Under the pieces are notes generated by a model. The model did not search any database and had not been told where the DNA came from. It saw only the letters and a program-made list of their open reading frames with translations. From contig SMSO01000033.1 of the NCBI GenBank assembly GCA_004764695.1, positions 1,364,001-1,428,000 on the forward strand: DNA of 64,000 nucleotides, in the 5' to 3' direction. The stretch is from Schizochytrium sp. TIO01 (taxonomy: Eukaryota > Protista > Bigyra: Labyrinthulomycetes). Shown one piece after another: positions 25,561-36,651 of the stretch. How positions within the stretch are numbered: position 1 is the stretch's first letter; the number at the start of each line of letters is the position of its first letter. Made by a program: the position numbers and the translations under genes.

Positions 25561-25712
25561 CTGATCTGATATCTTCTGATCTCTCTTTCTTCTTTCTTCT
25601 TTCCTCTTCCTTCTTCCCTTAGTCAGTCTCTTCTTCGACTTCGTAAGTGCTAACCTCCTTACTACGCGCTACCTACCAACCCACCTAAGTGCTACTTGGG
25701 AGTCGTAAGGAA

Positions 25713-25714
<2 letters not shown>

Positions 25715-25786
<72 letters not shown>
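25715..25786. repeat. (GAAA)n microsatellite, ~18 copies
   Basis: Perfect run. Confidence 0.96.
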
Positions 25787-26160
25787 AGCTTTTTGACGAT
25801 GGATGACTCGAATGTTGAAGGATTTTCAATCAATCTTTCGAAGTCTCCTCTTCAATCTCCTGACTGACTGCTTGCTTGTGCTATTTTGATCCTTCGGGTT
25901 AGGCACCTGTCTGTCTGTCTACCTACCTACTGCTTCTCGTTTGCATGCAGCTCTGGTCTGCCCATCTATTGCATCGCAGCGCTCTCTTCTCTATCTGGTG
26001 ATCTCGTCGGCATCTTGATCTTAAGAATCGCCATCTCTCTCTCTCTCTTCTGTCGTTGCTTTGTGCTTTGTTCTACTCCTTTCAAGGTATTAAACAGTTA
26101 TATTTTAATTTTACATAGAGTTATCATATGATGATAGCCTAAGAATTGAAACTTAGCAAA

Positions 26161-26302
<142 letters not shown>

Positions 26303-27326
26303 CTCTTCTCCTCCCTTTGCTGCTTTATAAGCGCTAGTACCAGCTATGTGCCTCTCTATGCCTTGTTGCCCCCTTCTTCCTCTCTATTTATCTTTCTATC
26401 TATCTATCTTTCTTTCATCTTCTTCTTCTCCTTCTCGCAACTTTCTTTTTCTCGTCTTACAGGTAATTATACCCTGCGTACTATGTAGGCTAGTATCTCC
26501 TATCTATCTGTCTCTCCGCCTCTTACTGCTGCCCTCTACTTCTAGTGGAGTCGCTAGCGGTGCTGCTCCTGCGTTTCTTTAGTTTTCGAATCATGGTTTT
26601 AACCTCCTTTCAGAGGGGAACATCTACTAGCACTATCCTATGCGTTACTTAGGATAAATTACTCTTTTATGTGGCATAGTGTTTGTTTTTAAGTTTCTGC
26701 AAGTTGAGTTGAGCTCGCTTTAGCTTGCTTTCTCTCAAGACGACCTGCCTGCAGAAGCTCGCGTGGAGACGGCGCTTCGCTGCTGGTTGGCAGCGCGAAC
26801 GACGTACGATCAGCTGCTGAAGACAGCTCAGATCAGCGCAACCCGCTCGGCGCCGCGCTTCCTGCCAGGCCGCGGACACGCCTAGGCATCGCTGGAGCGT
26901 GGAAAAACTCACTAACGGTGGCACCTCAGCAACTTCATCTTCACTACTGCGTCTCCCACCAATCTAAGTTCCCTTCGTCCTTCTGAACCCCTATTAAGCG
27001 TGGGAAACCTGCTCGGATCAGCGACAATCTCTCACGTCGCCCCGCGTTTTGACCCTTGGAAGCCCTTGATTCATTCATTTATTCTTGATTCAAATCTTTC
27101 GCGTTGCATTCGCAGCACATTCATTTGTTTGTGCTTTATCGCAGAAAACGCTTACATATCAAATTGCATCCTTTGCTTTCGAGTATTCTTTGCTTCTCAT
27201 TTATTCCCCTTCTCTTCTTAACCTCTGAGCCCTCGAGACTTGGCGTATTTGCCGCGAACCCAAGTGAATTGACGTCTAGTGCAAGAAGAGACCTCGACTA
27301 CTTAGCTCGCCAATACTAATTTAAAG

Positions 27327-29592
27327 ATGGCAGACCACAACGAGATGCAAATGCATGAGATGCACGCCCAGCAACAGCAAACCCATGGGTCAGCAGCAAC
27401 AGCAGTACCCGGGACCTCCGCCTGGAGCCTATGCGCCGCCCATGTTCGACCCCTACGGCCAGCCGTACCAGCCCAACATGCACGGATACCCAATGCCACC
27501 TATGATGTACCCGCCGCAGATGATGTACCACCCGTCTATGTCCATGGGAGGTCCACAGGGAGGTCCTCCGTCATCTCAGCAGCAGCAGCCGCAGCAGCAG
27601 CAGTCTGGAGAGCCGCAGCAGCAGCAAGTTGCTGATTCCGGCAAGGACTCTGGGGCCCAGAGCAGCGTAGAGGCTGTATCGAAAGGTGTGTCACACATGA
27701 GCGTCAGTGATGAGGCGAAGGCCGCCTCTGGATCTATGAGCTGGGCCCAGATTGCTCGCGATCAGAGCGCCCCGGACCAGCCGTCTCAGGCCTTCACGGA
27801 GGCTAGCTCCGAAGGTGCGCAGGCAGCTGAACAGCAGCAGCAATCCTCGCAAGGCCGTGGAAGCTTTAACAACAGCGCCAATGCTGCTTCTGGAAATGAG
27901 CAGCAGCAGCAACAACAACAACAACACCAGCGAGGGTCGCGTAACCAGGCTGGCAACAGTAGCAACAGCAGCAGCAACAACAACAATGGACCTGGCCGTA
28001 ACTGGAGTACCGAGGTGAAGACTAGCGCACGCATGTTCGCTGCTGCCAAGGACGCCTTCATGTGGTCTCATCAGTACCACATGAATCCCTTCTCTGTCGT
28101 GTGCTCCCAGATTGACCCGGCCTATCATAGCCTCGTGTTCTCTGGCCAGCCTCTTCCGGCAGGCATGGAGCTCTACGACCTGACCTGCAAGCACTTGAGG
28201 ACAATCTGCAACTTTGGGTTCCTCGCTTTTGTGAACGATGATGACGCCCAGCTTCCCCAGGGCATCCGCAAGCACTTTGTTGTGGAGTGTGCTAACGAGA
28301 TGGAGGTTTTCCAGGCTATTAAGCGTATGGCCTGGGTCCCCGACAGCCCCGAGACCGAGGCCAAGCTGACCAATGCATATGCAGAAACAATCGGAGTGGG
28401 CCACCTCTTCATCTTCTTTAAGATTCCTGGACTTCGCAAGCTCAGTGCCGTTGCTCAGGTTGTGTCCCCTGTGATCACGGAAAGCGCGGAGCATTTCGTG
28501 CAGCTTCGCTGGTTCTTTGTACGTGATATCCCCATTCACAACCTCAAGTCGGTGAACTTCCTCAACAACCCTGACATCCCACACGAGTCTCGCCACCAAG
28601 CTGCACAGTCTCAGGCCGCTTCCTCAACTGAGGACGAGGTCGAAAAGGACCAGAGTGTTGTCACTAACGGCACCTTGGAGACTTCCGAGTCCTCTGAGGG
28701 TGCTGCTGACAAGGACACCGCCGCTGCTGCTCCCTCCGGAGAGTCTGCTGAGAAGAAGGCTGATAGCCCTCAGACTGAAAATCCCAAGTTCTACGCCGTT
28801 TCGACTCATGCTGGAAACTTTGCTTTGGAGACCATGCAACGGTTTAAGCTCAACGGAGGTATCTTGCTTGACTTCCAGGAGTACCTCTTTGCTGAGCAGA
28901 CTGGCAAGGCCCCTCGCCAGAGCATGCTTATCTGTGGAGGTCCGCGCCCGCGCACTACCACGGGCCCTACTCGTGGCCGTGGTCGCAACTTGCGGTTCAA
29001 TGGCGGAGGCCGCGGCCGTGGTGGACAGCGTGGACAGGGGGGTTCACGTAACACCTCAAATAACAACAACTCCCACAACAACAACTCCCATAACAACAAC
29101 AATAACAACAACAGCAGCAGCAGCAACAACAACAACAACAACAATACTGCACCTGCAACTGCCGCAGCTAACACCTCCAACAGCAACAACGAGGCATCAA
29201 ACTCAAATCAGGTTCATGAGAACAAGTCCCGTGGTGGCCGCGGTAGGGGCCGTGGACGTAGCACTCGCGGTGGTCTTGACGAGCGTCGCGGTGGCAACAG
29301 CAGCCGGGGTCGTGAGAACACTGGTGGAGCTCGCGAAGGCCGCGAAGGTGGCCGTGGCCGTGATCGTGATCGTGATCGTGAAGGCGGAGCACGCACTGGC
29401 GGAAACTCGAACGAGAACACTCGTGCACCGCGCCCCTCTTCTCGTAAAGTGGAGGGAAGCGATGGCGCTCAGACCCTCCGCTCGCAGTATCAGTTTGAGG
29501 TCCAGGTGAAGAAGGGCAAGGGCCCGAAGAAGCCTGTGGCAAGTTCTAAGCCTGTAGCCGCTGCTGAGCAGGCCCCTGCTGCTGAGGAATAA
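27327..29592 (+). CDS. Divergent YTH-domain (YTHDF/ECT-like) RNA-binding protein with Q/P-rich N-terminus and RGG/poly-N C-terminus; ~754 aa after removing one extra A at ~27380
   Basis: KHFVVECANEMEVFQAIKRMAW..KLTNAY..LFIFF..AQVVSPV..VQLRWFFVRDIP..LNN..ILLDFQEY aligns by eye with the YTH pattern (FFIIKS..DVHKSIKY.VW..KLD.AY..FLFFS..VKW..VKDVP..LENN..SILDDF.YE). aaagATGG start at 27327. Confidence 0.85.
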
Positions 29593-30548
29593 TTCTTCTT
29601 CGGATTTATGATCTAATCTGTTGCGTGCCTCTATGTCTACTTAGGGTTTTCTTTGGTACTATTTGATTGTATCCCAAAGGATGCTGGCATGCACAAAAAA
29701 CACTGGATCATGACAATTATGCATCTGACTACGATACGAAGATTACTCGTTCATATCAGATACTTGCATATGCACTGACTGATTCAAATGAATGACTGAC
29801 TGGGTGCGCGAATGGATGATCACTATTGGATTAATGAACGGGGATAGGGATGGGAAGAAAATCAATTCGAAGGCTTTAAAACGCGCTCTAATGTGGATAT
29901 TCTAGAGAGTAAGCTCCTTTGTAGTGGGTAGAATCATGTTATTCTTATCAATGATACAAGTGATTCCCATGCGAATGTGTCAAAGTGTAAGAGGTTGCCA
30001 TTATTTTTGTTTTACTCTTTTTCAAGGCACGAGTATGCGGTTGTCCTTCTCACTGCTGACTCACTTTTCCCCACTCTTTTCTACTATCTCATTCTCCCGT
30101 TTTCAGTTTTTCCTTTTGTTTTTCCCTTAGCCCTCGTGCTGCATGATGGATTCCAATTCCAATCTTCATTCACATCTTTCCCTTTCCCACTTCCCTCTTC
30201 TCTTACTTTCACTCATCTACACATTCATCTTCCTTTACTTCTACATTTCCTCATCCTCTTCCTTTATCAAGCCCTCTACTCAGGGTTTTCAACTTTTTCT
30301 TTTTCTTTTCCCCTTTTTTCCCATCGTCTCCAGTTTTTCTATCTCTGCTTTTTTTGCCTTTGCTTTCAACTTATTCCGTGAAAACAGAATACCAAACCCC
30401 ATAACTTTCCCTCCCCCTCCCCCCAAAAAAAAAAAAAAAAGAACAGCTCGCCTCATCAACTGACATCAAATGTGGATGGATATATTTGGCTTTTAATACT
30501 ATTACTTTCACTACACGACGTTCCAGGGATTACATCGAGTTAGCCACC

Positions 30549-33500
30549 TCATTTCGTCTCATAATCGTCCAAATTGGCGATTGGAAGATCAAACAAGCCT
30601 AACCCCAGTGGCTTATGCCATTGGCACTTGCCGGTGGCCTTGTTTTGATAGAAACAAGCATTGCGAGATGGCTCGTACACCTTTTCGTAGGAATCCAGTA
30701 CCAAGCGTACATATCTCTTCCTCTCCATACGTGCTCGCGCCACACTTTGGATGAGTGTCGCGGCCTCTGTTTCTGTCCACTCGTGATCTTTGGAGCGTTT
30801 TGTTCGTCGTCCATAAGGAATGTATCGATCGGCAATTGGTTCTGGTGGACTCCATGCAACCTTGCCACTCGCCCATACATAGTAGTATTGACACGAGATA
30901 ACGTCGTAGTATTTTGCTGTACTTGCGAGCAACGCATCTTGAAACCGTCTATAAGCGCGAAACTTGCGATATGCCATTTGAACACGAATCACTGCTTGAA
31001 TTAGAAGTCTCCGACGGCATATCCATCCTCGCCAGTGTCTTTGAATTATTGTTGCAGCTTCATTCTGACGCTGCTTTTTGGAACCGAATGGATCTGCAGC
31101 ACGTTTTATTGTCGGATCCAAAACGTGAGATCGAAAGTGGTACTTTTGGTTCAAGTACAGGATATATGTTCTTTGTGCAGTCTCCTTGGGCAGATTTGCC
31201 AAACGACGTAACACTCCTTGCTTGTTTTGACCAGTTAATGTGCTATCTCGTCTGCCATTTGCGCCTTCTGGGTCTGCAAGGGCACGACGCTTGGAAATCT
31301 CCTCCTCTCCTACAAGTTCCGCCCACTCAGAGCATAGATCAGTAAGATAATCCACGTCTCGAATACAATTACATGCTGCACGCTGCAGCTTCATTTTTCC
31401 TTCCGCATATTCCTCTGGAATACTGTAATCTGAATCTGAATCAGAAATCTGAGAGTCTACTTCGGAATTTGATCGTTTCAAATTTTGCTCGTGCTGATGT
31501 TCATCCTTCAAGCTAAACAACTTTCGGCGTAGCTCCGGGTAGTGGAATTCAAATGACCCTTGTAACTCGTCCAACAGAAAAAGAGCAGTCTTCAACCTCT
31601 TGCTAATACGAATACATTGATCTTCAAGCATGTCGAAGTCATTGGCAGTGACAATCACATTCAGTTCTTGCGCACGAGCTGATGCCACTGTCATTTGTCG
31701 CGCTTCAAAACTCATCCGCTGTGCCTTTGTTGCGCAATTCTCCACAATAAGATGAAATCGTTTGATTCGGCGAGCTAAGTCAAACGCCTCAAATGCAAAA
31801 ATGATCTCCTTTTCAATGTCATCAATTTTTTCTTCCTTTGACCGAGGTCGGGTTTCTTCTACATATTGTTCGTAGGCTTCAACTGCTGCTTGTTCCTCGT
31901 CAATAATTTCTTGAGCTTCTTGTTCAGCAGAATGCAACCGTTCATAAAGTTCACGATGGTGTGATAATTCATTTCCTGCATCTTCGATCACCTGCAGCCA
32001 CTCTTCGCGACTTGATTCAAGATCATTTTGAGCTTCTTGAAGCCTCTGTTTGATAGTTCCTTTCAGCGCTTCAACACGGTTGGTAAACCTCAACACACCT
32101 TCACTAAGCTGCTCTACATTATTGCCCTGCTCACTTAGAGCGCATTTGAGAGCGTTGCGTGTTCCACGAAGGTCTTCACATTCAATTCGAGCAGGTAGTA
32201 AATATTTGGCCAACATTTGATAAGCTATATGTAGATCTCGCTTGCTGTTACATAATTCCCCTGCTACAATCTGGCCTGTTCGCTTCGTACATAGCTGATA
32301 ATAGCTTAATGCCTTTGGTAGAATTGCACATTCATGGCTTCTCAATCGATTTCGCCTTACCCGTGACTGAGTGAAAAGATTCATGCTAACTTCGTGTGCA
32401 CGACGGAATCGCTTTTGTGCATCCTCTATGGCAGCAAGAAAGCCCTGTATGTCTTCAATAGTTGTGTTGCAGAGATCTAAGACTTTTTGAGTTGAGTCAA
32501 TTTTTTTTTTGAGATAGTTTAGCTCAGCAATCTGGAAATTTGCCCGAGAAGGATCAACTTCATGATCTATAGCATCCTTCCCCTTTAGATTTTCATGAGA
32601 TGTGATCCATCGATCAATATCATCTTGTAATTCTATTTTAACTGCAGCCAAAGTCCTTAACGATGCTCGCAGATCATGCAGTGTTTCTGTAAACATCGCA
32701 CTACCTGCTTCCTCAGAAAGTGCTTTCAGAACGAGCCCCTCAGCATCATGCAAGCTAGAAATAGTTTCCTGTCGCTCTGTTTGTTCATTTGCGCATATTT
32801 CTACATCAATTTGGAATAATGATGTAGGGTGAAAAGTTCGAACAACTTCTGAAACCTCTAAGTCCGTCAATACTGAGAAGTTCTGGTTATTTGCAACATC
32901 CTCAGAACTGCAGCAATTTACTCTACTACTATGCACCGATTGCAAATCATTATCTTCAACAAGAGAGTTTTTGTCAGTGTTGTTTAGATAGAAAAGAGCT
33001 AGATGAACTAGCTGAGGATCATTGCGCAGGGGGTTCCTGTATCTGTCGTTATGTTTGGGGTAATGAAATAAATAGAGGTGATTCATAAAATTGCACACGG
33101 CTAATTCACGAGCAAAAAGCTCTGTCGCACGAATCCCAATTTCTGTATGGTACGGGCTTTTCTCAGAATAATTCGATTCACAAGACTCTGTTTGACACTG
33201 ACTATGCTGATGACGCCTAGTAATGATCTCAGCAACTCTTCTTGGCAGCTCGGTACGAGATGTCATTAAGTATTTGAGGGGCCCGCCTCGGAAGATTTCC
33301 TGATTGGAGACAGTTTCTGTTATTGTCTGATCACCATTATAAATTACAACTTTTAAATTCAGGGTCTCATCCACCGAGGATATAACCATGAACCAGATTT
33401 CGCTTGTGCGTAGTGCTCCCCGGAAAATAGTACATCCAGGAGTACACCACGACTTAACCAAATTCTCCCGACTTTCTTCTAGCCGAGACCAAAACAAGTG

Positions 33501-35886
33501 AGCTCGGAAAGCCTGCTGAATTGATGTTGCAGCTTTGTGTTCCTTCGCTTTTAATAAACATTTTACTAGGTTTCGTGCTTCGTATTGGCGCCAAAATAGC
33601 TGCAGTGTCAGAGCAGCAGCCTTCGTATCTGTGAACTTCGCGCGGCTTTGCACACATCTGATCCAACTCTGGACTTGCACAGCGGCTTCGTAATCCCGAC
33701 GTTGGCGTATAAATTTGGTGCGAGCTAGCCATCCTCGTACGCAACTTTGTATTTGCCCTGCTGCACGTGATTTATTTAAATATTCCTCTCTCATGCTTGC
33801 TACTTTTCGACATGCAAGAACATACCGAGCAAATGAAGTAAGGCGTAGCGCAGCTTCCAGGGCTGTAACATATCCCTGTCGGCCTGCATGACCTCTCCAA
33901 ATACGCTGAATCTGTCTTGCACCATAATGCTCATGAAGAAGGTTCTCTACAACTACCCGACCAGCATGGCCACGTACCACGGCCTGAATTCGCAATGCAT
34001 TATTTTTGGTATCTAAAAACTTGCGACGTTCGTTCCTCTGACGGAAGAGGGCTTGCAAACGAATGATGGCAAAATACTCGCGTTTCGTTTGCACAATTCT
34101 GCGCGCACAAAACATTCTCCAATGTGTTTGTATCCGAAGTGCTTGAGTTCTCCTTGTTATTTCATGGCGCAACTCAGCATAATTGTTGCACGTTTTCTCA
34201 ACAACATCTAGAGAATCAGACAAAAACTCCAGTATAATTTGGCGTTTGATTTGTTGCAGATTTTTAATAACTTTTCGTGCTAAGTAGCAACGGAGTGCAC
34301 CTTGAATAACTTTAGCAGCCTGATGATTGGCTCGAATTGAGTATAACTTGCACCTCGCTAAGTAACATCGAAAGGAATTTTCAATAGTGATTGCTGCGAT
34401 CTGGCGAGAGCGCAAATTATGAAATACTACAAGGGCTTGTTTCTGGCGTATCCACGCTTGAAGCTTGATTGAAGCAACGTGGCGCGCAAAAACTCCTTGT
34501 TTACCGTAAACAAGCTGCCTAGCAATGTGCCCCCTCCAGACAGATTGGATTACTTGGGCCGATACCGTCTCGCGAGTAATAACATTCCCTTTCGAGCCAA
34601 TTACAAAACCCCATTGTTCAAGTTCTTTATGGAGTGAAGTCCCATCGAACACCTTTAAACTTTGATAATGACTTACATGTTTTGTTTCACCATCCTCATC
34701 CTCATTCTCATCATCAGAGAAAATTATATTCTCATGTTCTATTCCAATCGGGTCTGGGAAGGGGTCTTCGATTGATGAGTCTTGAATAGGAAGCGTTTCC
34801 CCGAGTGTGCACAACCTTAGAACTTGAAGCCAACGCAAAGTTGTTCGCTCCATTTCACATCCTAGAAACCATGTTTCGGTTTGTCCTCTAAAGCCGGTGT
34901 TCCATTGTACCTCCATTATATACAAAGTTGCTCCATTGGGTAGCACTCGGAGTCCCCGAGCGCAGACTGTAGCATCTGCTAAATTTGCAACCATTCGTGC
35001 CCTGCGGTCCTCTGGTGTACACATTTGCACCAGAGTTCGTGACTTTGAATCGGCAACGTAATAATATGGCCTCCATTGAAGCTTTGAATCAACATCATGA
35101 TAATCGATGATCTCGTGTGCAAACATACCACGATGATAAAGCCAACCTCGGCAAGCATTTGAAGTCACATCAAGAAATGGAAGCGGGAGCGGGCTAAGAG
35201 CGGTCTTGGGTCGTCTGGTCACAGGCAGATTAACTGTTTGTGTTGTGAATGGTCGCAGAGGGCTTTCGTTGCTTAGAAAAAACGGATTTACAGGCCTTTG
35301 AATAAGTGAACCATTTTCAGTATACGGTCTTGGATGCACTGCAGTCATCATATACTTCAAAGAAGAATCATGCTGAGGTTTCCATCAAGTTGTGGTGAGG
35401 GGTTTTGGATGCTTGCGTTAGAATTGGGGGTAAAGTGTCCCAAACCTCATCCCACTTTCGATCATCAAGCGGAATATAAGAATTTTTGGAGTGTACATTT
35501 GGCGAAGCGGTGCGCGAGCGTTCGCTGCTCCTGTAATAGTTCTGTCTTGATTTTGATCGCTTAGCTCCTTGGGTTGTGGTTGCACGTTTCGAGATGTGTG
35601 ATGAACCAGCAGTTCTGCGGTGATATTTTTTCGTCGTTGTTGCACGGGTTACATTATTATTGCTCTGTAGACTGTGATTTGGTGGTGAAGAAGACGTTGG
35701 TCTCTCGCAGCAAGTTAGATCTTGCGAAGACCAGCTTGGACGAGTTCTTTTATGCGAATACCCAGCTTCTTGAGTACCAATAAAGTCGTGTACACCCGAA
35801 CCTAAATTGCGCAGACGTTCCTTGCTTCCTCGGTCCACCGTAAAACTCTCTTCATGTTTACTCCCCTCTACACGGACGTCAGCCAT
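30549..35886 (-). CDS. Large PH-like / multi-IQ / coiled-coil / WW protein, ~1778 aa after removing one extra base near 35380; present as ORFs 35368-35886 and 30549-35360
   Basis: PH-like RGWLYHRG..WRPYY..RWLQVL; more than a dozen IQxxxRG motifs (IQSVWRG, IQAVVRG, IQRIWRG, IQSCVRG, IQRHWRG); two C-terminal WW-like units (YYYVWASGKVAWSPP, FYQNKATGKCQWHKP). Confidence 0.88.
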
Positions 35887-36651
35887 GCCGAGCGCCTTTC
35901 TTTGTGAACGAAGTGAACCTCTTTAACGATCATAAGAAACCTGCAACCGGGCTGCCCGAACTGTCACTGTAATATTGTACTCCCACCTCTTGTGTTGTTT
36001 CAATGTGCTGATCCAAGGGTTATGCGCTGATTCGAAGATTGCAACCGAGCACTCAAACCCCCATGTTCAGCTTTGAGCATTTAGTCCTTGTATGACGATT
36101 GTCATATTGTCATGTAAGGGTGTGAAATAAACCCTTTTAATTTAAAGCTAGTACAACCATTTCTACTTAATTATATTGAACCTAGATCTGACGGTACCCA
36201 TTTAAGGATCCGTTCAACGTGTGTACCCCCATATTATTATTATTATTATCTCGTTTTAAAATAAGCATTTTAAAAAACCAAACAAAAAAAACGAAATTAT
36301 AAAAATACAGCAACCTCATGACATAGCCTATTTAGAATCATAACATGCTTAGTGCTCAATTAAGTAGTACAATTCGAGTTATCACCACAGTCTAAATATA
36401 AAGGCTCAAAATGAAGGATGTCTTAGAGTTCGGATGAGTGTGCAATCTTTTAAACACAAATGGAGAACTAAAGAAGTTGGTTTGGGAGATTTTGTCCAAA
36501 GACTCATCTCAAGTAAATAGATTGGAAAGCAAAGAAACGTGACCAGTGTCTATCAGACAGAAATCCAAACGCGTGTAATTATTTCCTATCAATGGTGAAG
36601 CGTGCAGCTTTGAAAGCCTGAGATAAAGCCTCAGCTACAAGTTTCCGAAAG

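Noticed and set aside
27691-29542. Long antisense and alternate-frame ORFs over the YTH gene (302, 284 and 127 aa)
   Set aside because: Shadow ORFs expected from codon bias and low-complexity sequence.
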